Of a stretch of DNA of 64,000 bases, positions 50,226-59,324 are shown in pieces. Position numbers and translations under genes: made by a program. Source of the stretch: an uncultured delta proteobacterium (GTDB lineage: Bacteria > Desulfobacterota > Binatia > Binatales > Binataceae). The stretch's first letter is position 1. Every line of letters begins with the position of its first letter. The notes under the pieces are model-generated. The model was not told the origin of the DNA. It searched no databases and was given only the letters and a program-made list of their open reading frames with translations. Location of the stretch: assembly GCA_963724395.1 (NCBI GenBank), contig CAVRUK010000006.1:2516319-2580318 (forward strand), given 5' to 3'.

Positions 50226-52217
50226 ATGCTTGACCTGACAAATGAGCGACTTCTGATGGTTCGCGATCAGATTGCCGCGCGCGGAGTGCGCAACCCTGCG
50301 GTGCTCGAGGCAATGCGACGTGTCCCGCGCGAAGCTTTTCTGCCGGAAGAGCTCGCCGAGTTCGCTTACCGAGATACCCCTTTGCCCATTGAGGCAGACC
50401 AGACGATTTCGCAACCGTATATCGTCGCGCTCATGATCGAAAGCGTTCAGCCGTGCGCGAGCGATCGTGCCCTGGAGATAGGAACTGGCTCCGGATACGC
50501 GGCGGCCGTGCTCTCGGCAGTGGTGAGGCAGGTCTACACCATCGAGCGGCACGAGCAGCTAGCCAGGCTGGCCACGGAACGTTTGGACAATCTCGGATAT
50601 TCGAACGTCAAGGTTCTTCATGGCGACGGCACGCTGGGCTGGCATGAACATGCTCCCTACGACGTGATCATCGTGACCGCGGGCGGTCCGCAGGTGCCCA
50701 AGGCGTTGCTACAACAACTTGCGATCGGCGGTCGGCTCATCATCCCGGTGGGCGAGACCTCGCGAGTGCAACGTCTCGTTCGTGTTACCCGGACCGGCCC
50801 GGATCACTTCGATGACGAGGACCTTGGTGGGGTTCAATTCGTGCCGCTGATCGGAGCGGAGGGTTGGGACGCCGGTGTCGCAAAAGGTGCGCGCCCTTCC
50901 ACTCAGCGCAGCCGTACCGGAACAATCGCCAAGTTGATTCGCGAAGCTGCGGCACCAATCGCGGACATTGAGCAGGCCGACGTGGGTTCTTTGATAGAGC
51001 GGATAGGCGATTCGCGAGTAGTTCTGCTCGGCGAGGCAACGCACGGAACTTCAGAATTCTATCGGATGCGTGCCCGAATCACCAAAGAACTGATCTTGCG
51101 GCACGGCTTTGACTTCGTCGCAGTTGAAGCTGATTGGCCCGATGCCGCTCGAATCAACCAATACATACGTCATGCTCCGGCCCGCCAGGAACAATGGAAG
51201 GCCTTCGCTCGATTCCCGACTTGGATGTGGCGGAATCATGAAGCACTTGAACTCGTCGAATGGATGCGCGCCTGGAATGCCGAGGTATCGAAACCGGAGC
51301 GCCGTGCGAGCTTCTACGGACTGGATCTGTATAGCCTCTTCACTTCGATCAATGCGGTTATCACCTATCTGAGCGGCGTCGATCCCGAGATGGCCGCGGT
51401 AGCGCGACGCCGCTATGCAAGCTTGAGCCCGTGGGAACAAGACCCCGCGGTATACGGGCGGGCGGTACTCAGCGGGCGCTATCGAGACTGTGAAGCCGCA
51501 GTTGTCGCGATGCTGCGCGATATGTTGAATCGGCGGATCGAGTACTCGCAACGCGATGGCGATCGCTTCTTCGACGCGGCGCAGAATGCTCGACTGGTGG
51601 CGGCGGCGGAGCGCTACTACCGCATGATGTACTACGGTTCCGTCGAGTCATGGAACTTACGCGATCAGCACATGTTCGACACGCTGCAGCAGCTGCTGGA
51701 ATTCCACGGACCCGGCAGCAAGGGCGTCGTGTGGGAACACAACTCACACGTTGGTAACGCGGCGGCTACCGAGATGGGCGCCCGCGGTGAGCATAACGTC
51801 GGACAACTATCGCGCGAGCGATTCGCCGAGTCGGCATATCTAGTTGGCTTCGGTACTGACCATGGGACCGTCGCTGCCGCCTCGGACTGGGACGGGCCGA
51901 TGGAGGTCAAGCGCGTACGGCCGTCGCACGAGGCCAGCTATGAACGGCTCTGCCACGATTCAGGGGTCAAAGCTTTCATGCTGCATTTGAGAGATCCGGT
52001 AAGAGGGGCGGTTCGCGACGAACTGGAAGCGGCTCGCCTCGAGCGGGCGATCGGCGTTATCTATCGGCCCGAATCCGAACTCCAAAGCCACTACTTCCAG
52101 GCCTGTTTGCCCCGGCAATTCGACGAGTACATCTGGTTCGATGAAACGCGCGCAGTCTCACCGCTCCCATCGGTCGTGGCACCAGGCGTCCCGGAGACCT
52201 ATCCGTTCGGCGTCTGA
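50226..52217 (+). CDS. fusion protein: protein-L-isoaspartate O-methyltransferase domain plus erythromycin-esterase-family domain
   Basis: N-terminal PCMT motifs (TISQPYIVA, LEIGTGSGY). C-terminal EreA-like motifs (LLGEATHGTSEF, AVEADW, WEHNSHVG). Confidence 0.8.
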   Translation: MLDLTNERLLMVRDQIAARGVRNPAVLEAMRRVPREAFLPEELAEFAYRDTPLPIEADQTISQPYIVALMIESVQPCASDRALEIGTGSGYAAAVLSAVVRQVYTIERHEQLARLATERLDNLGYSNVKVLHGDGTLGWHEHAPYDVIIVTAGGPQVPKALLQQLAIGGRLIIPVGETSRVQRLVRVTRTGPDHFDDEDLGGVQFVPLIGAEGWDAGVAKGARPSTQRSRTGTIAKLIREAAAPIADIEQADVGSLIERIGDSRVVLLGEATHGTSEFYRMRARITKELILRHGFDFVAVEADWPDAARINQYIRHAPARQEQWKAFARFPTWMWRNHEALELVEWMRAWNAEVSKPERRASFYGLDLYSLFTSINAVITYLSGVDPEMAAVARRRYASLSPWEQDPAVYGRAVLSGRYRDCEAAVVAMLRDMLNRRIEYSQRDGDRFFDAAQNARLVAAAERYYRMMYYGSVESWNLRDQHMFDTLQQLLEFHGPGSKGVVWEHNSHVGNAAATEMGARGEHNVGQLSRERFAESAYLVGFGTDHGTVAAASDWDGPMEVKRVRPSHEASYERLCHDSGVKAFMLHLRDPVRGAVRDELEAARLERAIGVIYRPESELQSHYFQACLPRQFDEYIWFDETRAVSPLPSVVAPGVPETYPFGV

Positions 52218-52238
52218 CGCTCTAAAGCAGGAAACGAA

Positions 52239-53144
52239 ATGACCGCAAACGTAAAAGAGGTATTGGCCAAACTGGACTCGATGCGCGAACAACGCATCTG
52301 GCCCAATGGCAGGCGGTACCTATGGACCGACGCTTTCGGCGTCGTTCTGCTGGTTTCCCTCTATCACGACCTGAAGCAGGACAAGTACCTCGACCAAGCT
52401 CGGCTGGTTGTCGCCGACGTTGAACGGGTGCTCGGACGCCGACGCGGCTTTCGAATCGGCGAAGCCCCGGGTCGCGACGGCCAGTACTTTCACTATCTGG
52501 CGATGTGGATATTCGCGCTGACGCGCCTCGGCAAAATAGTTCCTGAATACCGCGCGAAAGCGATTCGACTAGTGAAGGACATTCATCCGGCCTTCATAAT
52601 TCCCGGCCAAGGCGTACACTGGAAAATGCTGGAGGATTTAAGTGCGCCGTATCCGGGTTTCGGACTCGGCGCGCTCGATCCTTTCCATGGTTACGTCGTC
52701 TACCGGATGCTCGATGAAAACGCACTGGCAGACGAAATCCGGCAGATGAAAACAGTCGTCGAACGAAGCTGCCGGGACCTTGTCATCACTCAGGACCTGG
52801 GTCTTGGAATAATGCTGTGGATGACGAGCTTCTTTCCCGAAGAGCGATGGGCACTTGTTCACCGCGAGCGAAGTCTCGCGATGCTTGACCGCATGTGGAT
52901 CAATCCGCCCGGGTATTTTTGCCGTGAACTAGGGGTGCCTTCCGTCAAATTTGCTTTCACGAACTACGGCGTTTCTCTCGGACTGCAAGCCGTTGAGGAA
53001 TGGCCGAAGCGCGTCGCTCGACTGAACGCATTTTTCGAAACGTACCGGTCGGGAGACCAATACGACACCGATGCGATTACCCACGTGATGGGATGCGTGT
53101 CATCTTTTCCGGGCGAGTTCATACCGCAACGTATCGGAGCCTAG
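52239..53144 (+). CDS. hypothetical protein
   Basis: 301 aa ORF with coding-like composition. No motif assigned. Confidence 0.45.
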   Translation: MTANVKEVLAKLDSMREQRIWPNGRRYLWTDAFGVVLLVSLYHDLKQDKYLDQARLVVADVERVLGRRRGFRIGEAPGRDGQYFHYLAMWIFALTRLGKIVPEYRAKAIRLVKDIHPAFIIPGQGVHWKMLEDLSAPYPGFGLGALDPFHGYVVYRMLDENALADEIRQMKTVVERSCRDLVITQDLGLGIMLWMTSFFPEERWALVHRERSLAMLDRMWINPPGYFCRELGVPSVKFAFTNYGVSLGLQAVEEWPKRVARLNAFFETYRSGDQYDTDAITHVMGCVSSFPGEFIPQRIGA

Positions 53145-53150
53145 CTGCGA

Positions 53151-54497
53151 ATGAGTTCGGCGGGTGATGCGACAGTTCACAATCACTCGCTGGCGAATTC
53201 CCTCCGCCTTCTTTTGACGCGGAGGTTCGGTTCGTTTTGGGTCGGCAGCCTTCTTTCCAATCTCGGGACGTGGATGCAGCAGGTCGCCGAGCCGTGGCTC
53301 ATCTTGAGCTTGAGCGGCTCTTCGTTCCTGCTTGGCCTCGACGCTTTTGTCATGGATGCACCGGTCTGGATTCTGACCCTTTTGGGAGGCGTCCTGGCGG
53401 ACCGGCACGGCCGGAGAAAAGTCATCTCTTTTTTCCAGACTATCCAGATGCTGTGCCCTATCCTCCTGGTCCTACTGATTCTCACGGGGACGATTCATGT
53501 CTGGATGATCATTGGCTTGTCGCTCATCGTTGGCATCACCGATGCGCTCTCGATGCCCGCCTTCCAATCCATCGTGCCGTCAATTGTCGCTCCCAACCAG
53601 ATCGGAACCGCGATCGTTCTGAATTCCACCCAAATCAATTTATCGAGGGTGCTGGGTCCCGCGATTGCAGGCGTCGTGATGGCCCGGTATGGGCCGGTCT
53701 GGTGCTTCGGCGCGAATGCGCTGTCGTACATTCCCTTGCTGCTCACGGTTTATTGGATTCGAGTGCCGCGAAGAGTTGACCGGCGCTTTGTTATGAGCAG
53801 CGGTCAATCGTGGTTCGCGGAGGTCCGCAAGATCGGCCGACAGCCCAGACTATTAGGCGCACTGAGCACCGTGCTCGTCACGAGTATTCTCTGCGGCCCT
53901 CTGATCGCCTTCAGCCCGGTGCTGATCAAGCAGGTATTTCACTCCGACGCCATCCACTTTGGGCAAGCAATCGCGGCCTTTGGGGTGGGCGGGTTGATCG
54001 GCGCGACGGGGGTTCTCTCCGTTGAGGGACATGTTGACCGCATCAAGCTATGTTCGGGAGCCGCTATCCTGTACGGAGCGCTTCTCTCGCTGGTTGCGGT
54101 GAATCGTTCACTTCCGCTCTTGAGTTTCCTTCTGGTGCTCTGTGGAGCTGCGATGACGGCAAGCAACACTTCGGCAAACTCGATCCTGCAATACACGGCC
54201 CGTGACAGGATTCGAGGACGAACTTCAAGTCTCTACATGCTCGCGATGCGAGGAGGACTGTCACTCGGAAATCTCATGGCCGGTATCTCTGTAACCTATC
54301 TTGGAGTAAGTCACGTGTTCCTGATCAACGGGATTGCGGCAATGCTGATCCAGGCCTGGATCTACGGGAAGTGGATAGATGCTCCTGCAGTTACCACGCG
54401 ACAACTACCAAGTAGTTCCGACTTCGCTGCAAGTTTCGGAAATGAAGCCAAGCCGCAAGTGGAAAATTCCTTCACAACCAGGAGGGACATCTCCTAA
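53151..54497 (+). CDS. MFS transporter
   Basis: 12 predicted transmembrane segments. MFS motif A-like GVLADRHGRRKV. Confidence 0.8.
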   Translation: MSSAGDATVHNHSLANSLRLLLTRRFGSFWVGSLLSNLGTWMQQVAEPWLILSLSGSSFLLGLDAFVMDAPVWILTLLGGVLADRHGRRKVISFFQTIQMLCPILLVLLILTGTIHVWMIIGLSLIVGITDALSMPAFQSIVPSIVAPNQIGTAIVLNSTQINLSRVLGPAIAGVVMARYGPVWCFGANALSYIPLLLTVYWIRVPRRVDRRFVMSSGQSWFAEVRKIGRQPRLLGALSTVLVTSILCGPLIAFSPVLIKQVFHSDAIHFGQAIAAFGVGGLIGATGVLSVEGHVDRIKLCSGAAILYGALLSLVAVNRSLPLLSFLLVLCGAAMTASNTSANSILQYTARDRIRGRTSSLYMLAMRGGLSLGNLMAGISVTYLGVSHVFLINGIAAMLIQAWIYGKWIDAPAVTTRQLPSSSDFAASFGNEAKPQVENSFTTRRDIS

Positions 54498-54515
54498 CCG
54501 GAGAGAAGGAGAACT

Positions 54516-54989
54516 ATGAACGTCGAACAGATCATGAATCGTAAGGTTAGAAGCTGCGGCCCACACGAGCCGCTCAATAAAGCAGCGCAAATAATGTGGG
54601 ACACCCCCTGCGGTGCGGTTCCGGTGGTCGATGAGCAGCGCAAGCCCGTCGGCTTCCTCACCGACCGGGACGTTTGTATGGCCGCCTATACCCAGAACAA
54701 GCCGCTGACGGAGTTGCCAGTCGATATAGCGATGTCGCGAACGCCGGTGTGTTGCCGAGCTGAGGACAATCTCGATTCAGCGGCTCAGCTAATGCGGCAG
54801 CACCGTACCAGGCGTGTTCCGGTAATCGACAGGAATGGAGTCCTGGTCGGTATGCTCACGCTCGACGATCTAGCCTGCGAGGCGGCGCGGCCGTTGCGCG
54901 GTGGAAGGAATGACACGCTGGCAGCTTTGGTGCTTGAAGTGCTGCTGTCGATCAATCGCGGACGCATACTCCTCCATCCGCCAATATGA
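54516..54989 (+). CDS. CBS-domain pair protein
   Basis: Two CBS motifs. Ribosome-binding site AAGGAGAA. Confidence 0.75.
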   Translation: MNVEQIMNRKVRSCGPHEPLNKAAQIMWDTPCGAVPVVDEQRKPVGFLTDRDVCMAAYTQNKPLTELPVDIAMSRTPVCCRAEDNLDSAAQLMRQHRTRRVPVIDRNGVLVGMLTLDDLACEAARPLRGGRNDTLAALVLEVLLSINRGRILLHPPI

Positions 54990-55016
54990 GGCAAAATAAT
55001 AGTTATCAGCTGTCGC

Positions 55017-55871
55017 TCAGATCGAAACCGGAAGCGGACGGCCGATGAGCTGCTCGGTGGTCGGGCATGAAGCTCTCATGTGCCGCTCGAACTCCTGGCG
55101 TTCCATCCGCGGCGCCAAAAAGCGGTCTCGGCCCCAATTGGTCAGCATGAAGTAGCGCTCGATCGCGCTTTCGCCGCGCGGCACCACCCCCTGATGGAAC
55201 AGATAACGCCAGGTGAGCACGTGACGGGCCTCTTCGGGCTTGACGTTGTGATTGACCTGGTCAATCAGCTGGGCGGCCAGCGGATGGCTCCATCGCGCGC
55301 AGGCGTCCAGCACCAGCGGAAAGGCGCGCTCGAGGGCAAGGGTTTCGACGCCGCCGAGCACAGCCATCATGTCGAGCACCTTCTGAGTATTGATCGCCGG
55401 GTCAGCCACCGGCTCGAGAAAGTCGCCGCCGTTGCTCAGCTGATCCTCGGCGAGCAGCGCCGGCGCTATGCCACCCATCTCGTAGTAGGCGGCCCCGAAG
55501 ACTTTGTCGCCGTGACCGGCCTCTTCGGCTGACTGCTGATTGAGTGCGACAAAGGCGGCGTCGCGTGCCTGGGGCGCGAGGTCGGAAGCGATCGCGACAC
55601 GAGCCGCCTTGTAAGTCGGTTCCTGGCCGGCTTTTTCGGTCACTGAGTACGCGCGCAGCAGCAGGTAGAATTGCGCCACGCTCATCGCGTTGCCCTCATA
55701 GTCGGTTCCGATGATCGGGCGCGGATCGATTCCGCGATCGCCAAGGCGTGCGGAGGCGGCGGGCAGCTCGGCAAGCATCTTCTGCCGGATAAGCTCGTTC
55801 ATCCGCTCGCGTTCGGCGCGGATATTGTCGTTGGTAAATGACGCTTGCATGGTAACGCTTTGCTCTGCCAT
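55017..55871 (-). CDS. hypothetical protein, possible ferritin-like diiron fold
   Basis: 284 aa. Two EExxH motifs (EEAGH, EEARH) alternate with conserved Glu residues. The assignment is tentative. Confidence 0.4.
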   Translation of the reverse strand: MAEQSVTMQASFTNDNIRAERERMNELIRQKMLAELPAASARLGDRGIDPRPIIGTDYEGNAMSVAQFYLLLRAYSVTEKAGQEPTYKAARVAIASDLAPQARDAAFVALNQQSAEEAGHGDKVFGAAYYEMGGIAPALLAEDQLSNGGDFLEPVADPAINTQKVLDMMAVLGGVETLALERAFPLVLDACARWSHPLAAQLIDQVNHNVKPEEARHVLTWRYLFHQGVVPRGESAIERYFMLTNWGRDRFLAPRMERQEFERHMRASCPTTEQLIGRPLPVSI

Positions 55872-56300
55872 CGTGCTTTTCCCTCAATCTGCCGGCCAGC
55901 GCCAGCCTAACGGATGTTAGCCTGAATTTAGCGGAAGTGGCGGGCGCGTGACAAGCGCGTCGATGCCCTGAAAACGTTGGCCGCCCCGCGGCGCCTGCCG
56001 GACAGCTGCGGCGTGATACTTGCACGAATTTTAGCCATGTCCACCTACGGGAGTAGCAGCTTCAGATCCATGTCCTCCAGTGTATTCGTGACGGTCTCCA
56101 AGATGGCCAGGAGCGGGAAGTAACGGGCGAGCGCATCCGGGACCAAATAGCCGCCTCCATGCGCAAGGCCAGAATCTCACACGAGATGGAGTTTTGCGCA
56201 GCCACAGCCGCGTCACGAACGTCGTTTCCGCTCACTCCAGATGGTAGGGAAACACCACAGACTGGGTGGCGGATGACGCAGTCTGATGCGAACTGCTCTC

Positions 56301-56370
56301 TGTCAACCTGTCAACCGGTTGACACCCTAACGGTGGTTGACAAGCGGCGGTTGACGCACGATGGTTGACA
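56301..56370. promoter_or_regulatory. iteron-like cluster of six GGTTGACA/TGTCAACC octamers, including a perfect 16 bp palindrome TGTCAACCGGTTGACA
   Basis: Seen directly in the sequence. Direct copies are spaced about 14-18 bp apart. Confidence 0.6.
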
Positions 56371-56396
56371 AGCTGGGCGTTCATCAAGACAGCGTT

Positions 56397-57185
56397 TTAT
56401 TTCAGCCCGCGTCTCCGTCGTCTTCCTGCCAAGAGTCCTGCTTTCCTTAGTTTGCGTCGGTATTCGTGGCGGGCCTGACTCGCCCGCCATTCACGCACGC
56501 GACGCGCGACATTGCATCGTTTGGAGCAGGCTTTCTGATCTTTGCGCAAGGCATAGAAGAAGCGGCCGCACATTGGACACTGGCGCACTCGCTGGGCTTC
56601 GGCGCCATCGAGTGCGGCCAGGAAGTCTTTGAAGGGACCAATCCAACGGGTAGTAAGAACGCCCTTGCGTATCCATATTTCGCTCCGCGAGGTCGCGGGA
56701 GTCTGATAGAGCCGTTTGATCAACACTGGTACTTGGCCAGCCGCTTTCAAGATCTTAGAAGGTCCAACCGACGCGAGTGTTTGGAGCGTGAATGCAATCT
56801 CGCGCACGAGATCTAGAAAGCGCCGGGCCTGATCGGGATCGTCGCGCAAGAGCGGCAAATCCACAGTGGCGGCAATCGCAGGCGCCCGAGCCAACCGGGA
56901 CTGCGTAAAGCTGCGCAAAAGTTTGGCTGGTGGTGTGGTGCGACACTTCGCCTGCCAGCGCTCAATCGGCGCCAGGTCCAGAAATCGCAGTTCATCTCGT
57001 GAAGGTGGCGGCGGGAGAAGGTTGGCAAGCTTGAGCCATGGCCCCAGACGTCCGTGCGTCTTCCGGGGAGATTCACAACCCGTCATATTTCGCTTCTGTA
57101 ACACTTTCGAATCGAGCCTGACGAGCGACCTGTTTGGAAGTAGATCGTCGAACACTTTGCCAAGCTTGGTCCCAATCGTTATCAT
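56397..57185 (-). CDS. CGNR zinc-finger (ABATE-like) domain protein
   Basis: C-terminal CPMCGRFF...CSKRCNVARRVREWR matches the zf-CGNR pattern. Confidence 0.5.
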   Translation of the reverse strand: MITIGTKLGKVFDDLLPNRSLVRLDSKVLQKRNMTGCESPRKTHGRLGPWLKLANLLPPPPSRDELRFLDLAPIERWQAKCRTTPPAKLLRSFTQSRLARAPAIAATVDLPLLRDDPDQARRFLDLVREIAFTLQTLASVGPSKILKAAGQVPVLIKRLYQTPATSRSEIWIRKGVLTTRWIGPFKDFLAALDGAEAQRVRQCPMCGRFFYALRKDQKACSKRCNVARRVREWRASQARHEYRRKLRKAGLLAGRRRRRGLK

Positions 57186-57242
57186 TGACGCAAGTGTTTC
57201 GCAGCCTTGTTGATACTAAAGCGTAACACGGAGGCTGCAAAC

Positions 57243-58532
57243 GTGCCAGAGTTGGACACGCGTAGCGCAATCGATCCGCTTCGAATTCGCGATCGGATAA
57301 AAGACTTCACAAGGGTCCGTGCCAGAGACCTGATTCCAAATCCGAAAAACTGGCGCCGCCACCCCAAAAGCCAGATTGCTGCACTCCGGGGGCTATTGGT
57401 GGAAATCGGTTATGCCGCGGCTCTGCTGGTTCGGCAACTACCCAACGGACGGTACATGATTATAGACGGGCATCTCCGTGCGGAAACCACACCCGACGCC
57501 ATCGTTCCGGTGCTGGTGCTGGATGTCACTGAGGAGGAAGCAGATAAGCTGCTCCTGACTCTCGATCCGTTAGCCGCCATGGCTGAAGCCGACGCCGACC
57601 GAATCAGCGAATTGCTGAAGACGGTTCGAACCGAAAATCAAGCAGTCGAAGATCTATTCAGGCGCACCGCCGGCGAGGCGCTGTGGAGAGCTCTGCATCC
57701 TGATGAAATCCAAGAGGTGGATATCTCACCTGATCGTGCTGCGCAGCTCAGAGGAAAGTGGCAGACCGAACCGGGCCAGCTTTGGCAAGTCGGGCCTCAC
57801 CAGGTTATCTGCGCGGACTGTACCCACGATGCCGAGGTAGGACTTCTGTGGAGCGGACAGAGGCCACGTGCGCGCGAGGTCTGCACCGACGCACCATATG
57901 GCGTGAGTTATTCGGAAAAGAATCGGCTCTTGAACATGAGCGATCGCGGCAATCGCATCCAGAAGCCGATCACCAACGACCACCTTTCCGAAGCGGAAAC
58001 TGGCGCCCTATTTCGTGACGGCCTCATCATGGCTGCCAAGCATTGCGAACAGGGTGCCTCTGTGTACGCATGCGTGCCAGGTGGACGGTCACTGCCAAGT
58101 TTCATCGGCGCGCTTGAAGCGGCTGGTTTTGCTTTCAAGAACACTCTCGTCTGGGTGAAGAATCATTTCGTAATCGGGATGAGTGATTATCATTTTCGCC
58201 ATGAATTGATTTTGTATGGCTGGCTAGAGAACGGTGCCCACCTATGGACTGGAGGTCGTTCGCAAGACTCTGTTTTCGAAGTAGACCGGCCTAATGCGAG
58301 TGATTTGCATCCGACCACGAAGCCCGTCGAGTTGATTGCCAAGATGGTTCGCAACAGCACTATGCCCGGCGAGGTCGTGTACGATCCGTTTTGCGGCAGT
58401 GGTTCGACCCTCGTGGCGGCGCATCAACTCGGGCGTATCGGCTATGGCTGCGAGATCGATCCGGAGTATGTGGCTGTAACACTTGAGCGGCTATCGCTTT
58501 TGGGTCTGAATCCAGAGTTAGTCGACAAGTGA
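57243..58532 (+). CDS. ParB-like nuclease domain fused to an amino-type (N6-adenine/N4-cytosine) DNA methyltransferase
   Basis: ParB N-domain (IDGHLRAE). Methyltransferase motif IV (TDAPYGV) precedes motif I (VYDPFCGSGST). GGAGG ribosome-binding site before the GTG start. Confidence 0.8.
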   Translation: MPELDTRSAIDPLRIRDRIKDFTRVRARDLIPNPKNWRRHPKSQIAALRGLLVEIGYAAALLVRQLPNGRYMIIDGHLRAETTPDAIVPVLVLDVTEEEADKLLLTLDPLAAMAEADADRISELLKTVRTENQAVEDLFRRTAGEALWRALHPDEIQEVDISPDRAAQLRGKWQTEPGQLWQVGPHQVICADCTHDAEVGLLWSGQRPRAREVCTDAPYGVSYSEKNRLLNMSDRGNRIQKPITNDHLSEAETGALFRDGLIMAAKHCEQGASVYACVPGGRSLPSFIGALEAAGFAFKNTLVWVKNHFVIGMSDYHFRHELILYGWLENGAHLWTGGRSQDSVFEVDRPNASDLHPTTKPVELIAKMVRNSTMPGEVVYDPFCGSGSTLVAAHQLGRIGYGCEIDPEYVAVTLERLSLLGLNPELVDK

Positions 58533-59191
58533 TGAAGCGTCATCCCGACGGCAGATGGCGAAATACGAGGACGGCAATGATTGTTTCGGAAGCAGTGCGA
58601 AGAGCCCGATTCGTGGAAACGGAGGTGGTTCAGCTCAAGCGCATGGGTCTTTCCTTTGACGCGATCGCTGAGCAAATTACTCGAGTTGGTCGCGATCAGG
58701 CACAGCCAATCACGCCGATTCCCGATGGACTAAGCTTCCCGCCGGACTATCAAATTTCGCGCCAGGCATGCCACAAGGCTTTTCGTAAGGCAATCGCCCG
58801 CGAACCAACGCTGGCAGTGGAGGAACTGCGAAAGATCGACAACGCTCGCAGCGAAGACCTCTTCATGAACTTGCAGCCCGCAATCCGCAAGGGAAATCTG
58901 GGGGCCATCGGCACCGGCATCAAAGTGCTCGATCATCAATCGAGAACTAATGGATACGCCGCGCCGCAGCACATCGCGCCGCCAATGGGCACGCAGAAGC
59001 GGATCTCGCTAGAGGGAGACGTTCGCAGCATACCCCTAAGCGTCATCGACGCCCTGACGGCGGATGAAGCCAGAGTGCAGGAAATCGAGAGGCTTTTATT
59101 TCGTGATCCACGAGAAGAGGAAACCTTCGCAACTAGGGGACAATCTGATAGCCAGGACTCAGATGCGCCGAGTAAGCGCGGTTCGCGATGA
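58532..59191 (+). CDS. putative terminase small subunit / DNA-binding protein
   Basis: Helix-turn-helix-like N-terminus. Overlap-coupled to the upstream gene and directly precedes the terminase large subunit. Confidence 0.35.
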   Translation: MKRHPDGRWRNTRTAMIVSEAVRRARFVETEVVQLKRMGLSFDAIAEQITRVGRDQAQPITPIPDGLSFPPDYQISRQACHKAFRKAIAREPTLAVEELRKIDNARSEDLFMNLQPAIRKGNLGAIGTGIKVLDHQSRTNGYAAPQHIAPPMGTQKRISLEGDVRSIPLSVIDALTADEARVQEIERLLFRDPREEETFATRGQSDSQDSDAPSKRGSR

Positions 59192-59324
59192 ACGCGGAAC
59201 CCGTGACCATCGAAACTGAGAAGCCTTTGCCAACTTTATTTTGATGACAGCAACAAGATCATTATGGCAGGAACGGTCATCATCAACGAACCGGGGGATG
59301 ACAGTATAGTCAGGGAGCAGATAG

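Noticed and set aside
55900-56400. tRNA gene as prophage integration target
   Set aside because: No cloverleaf-compatible sequence or GTTCGAATC-type T-arm was found near either 34 bp repeat.
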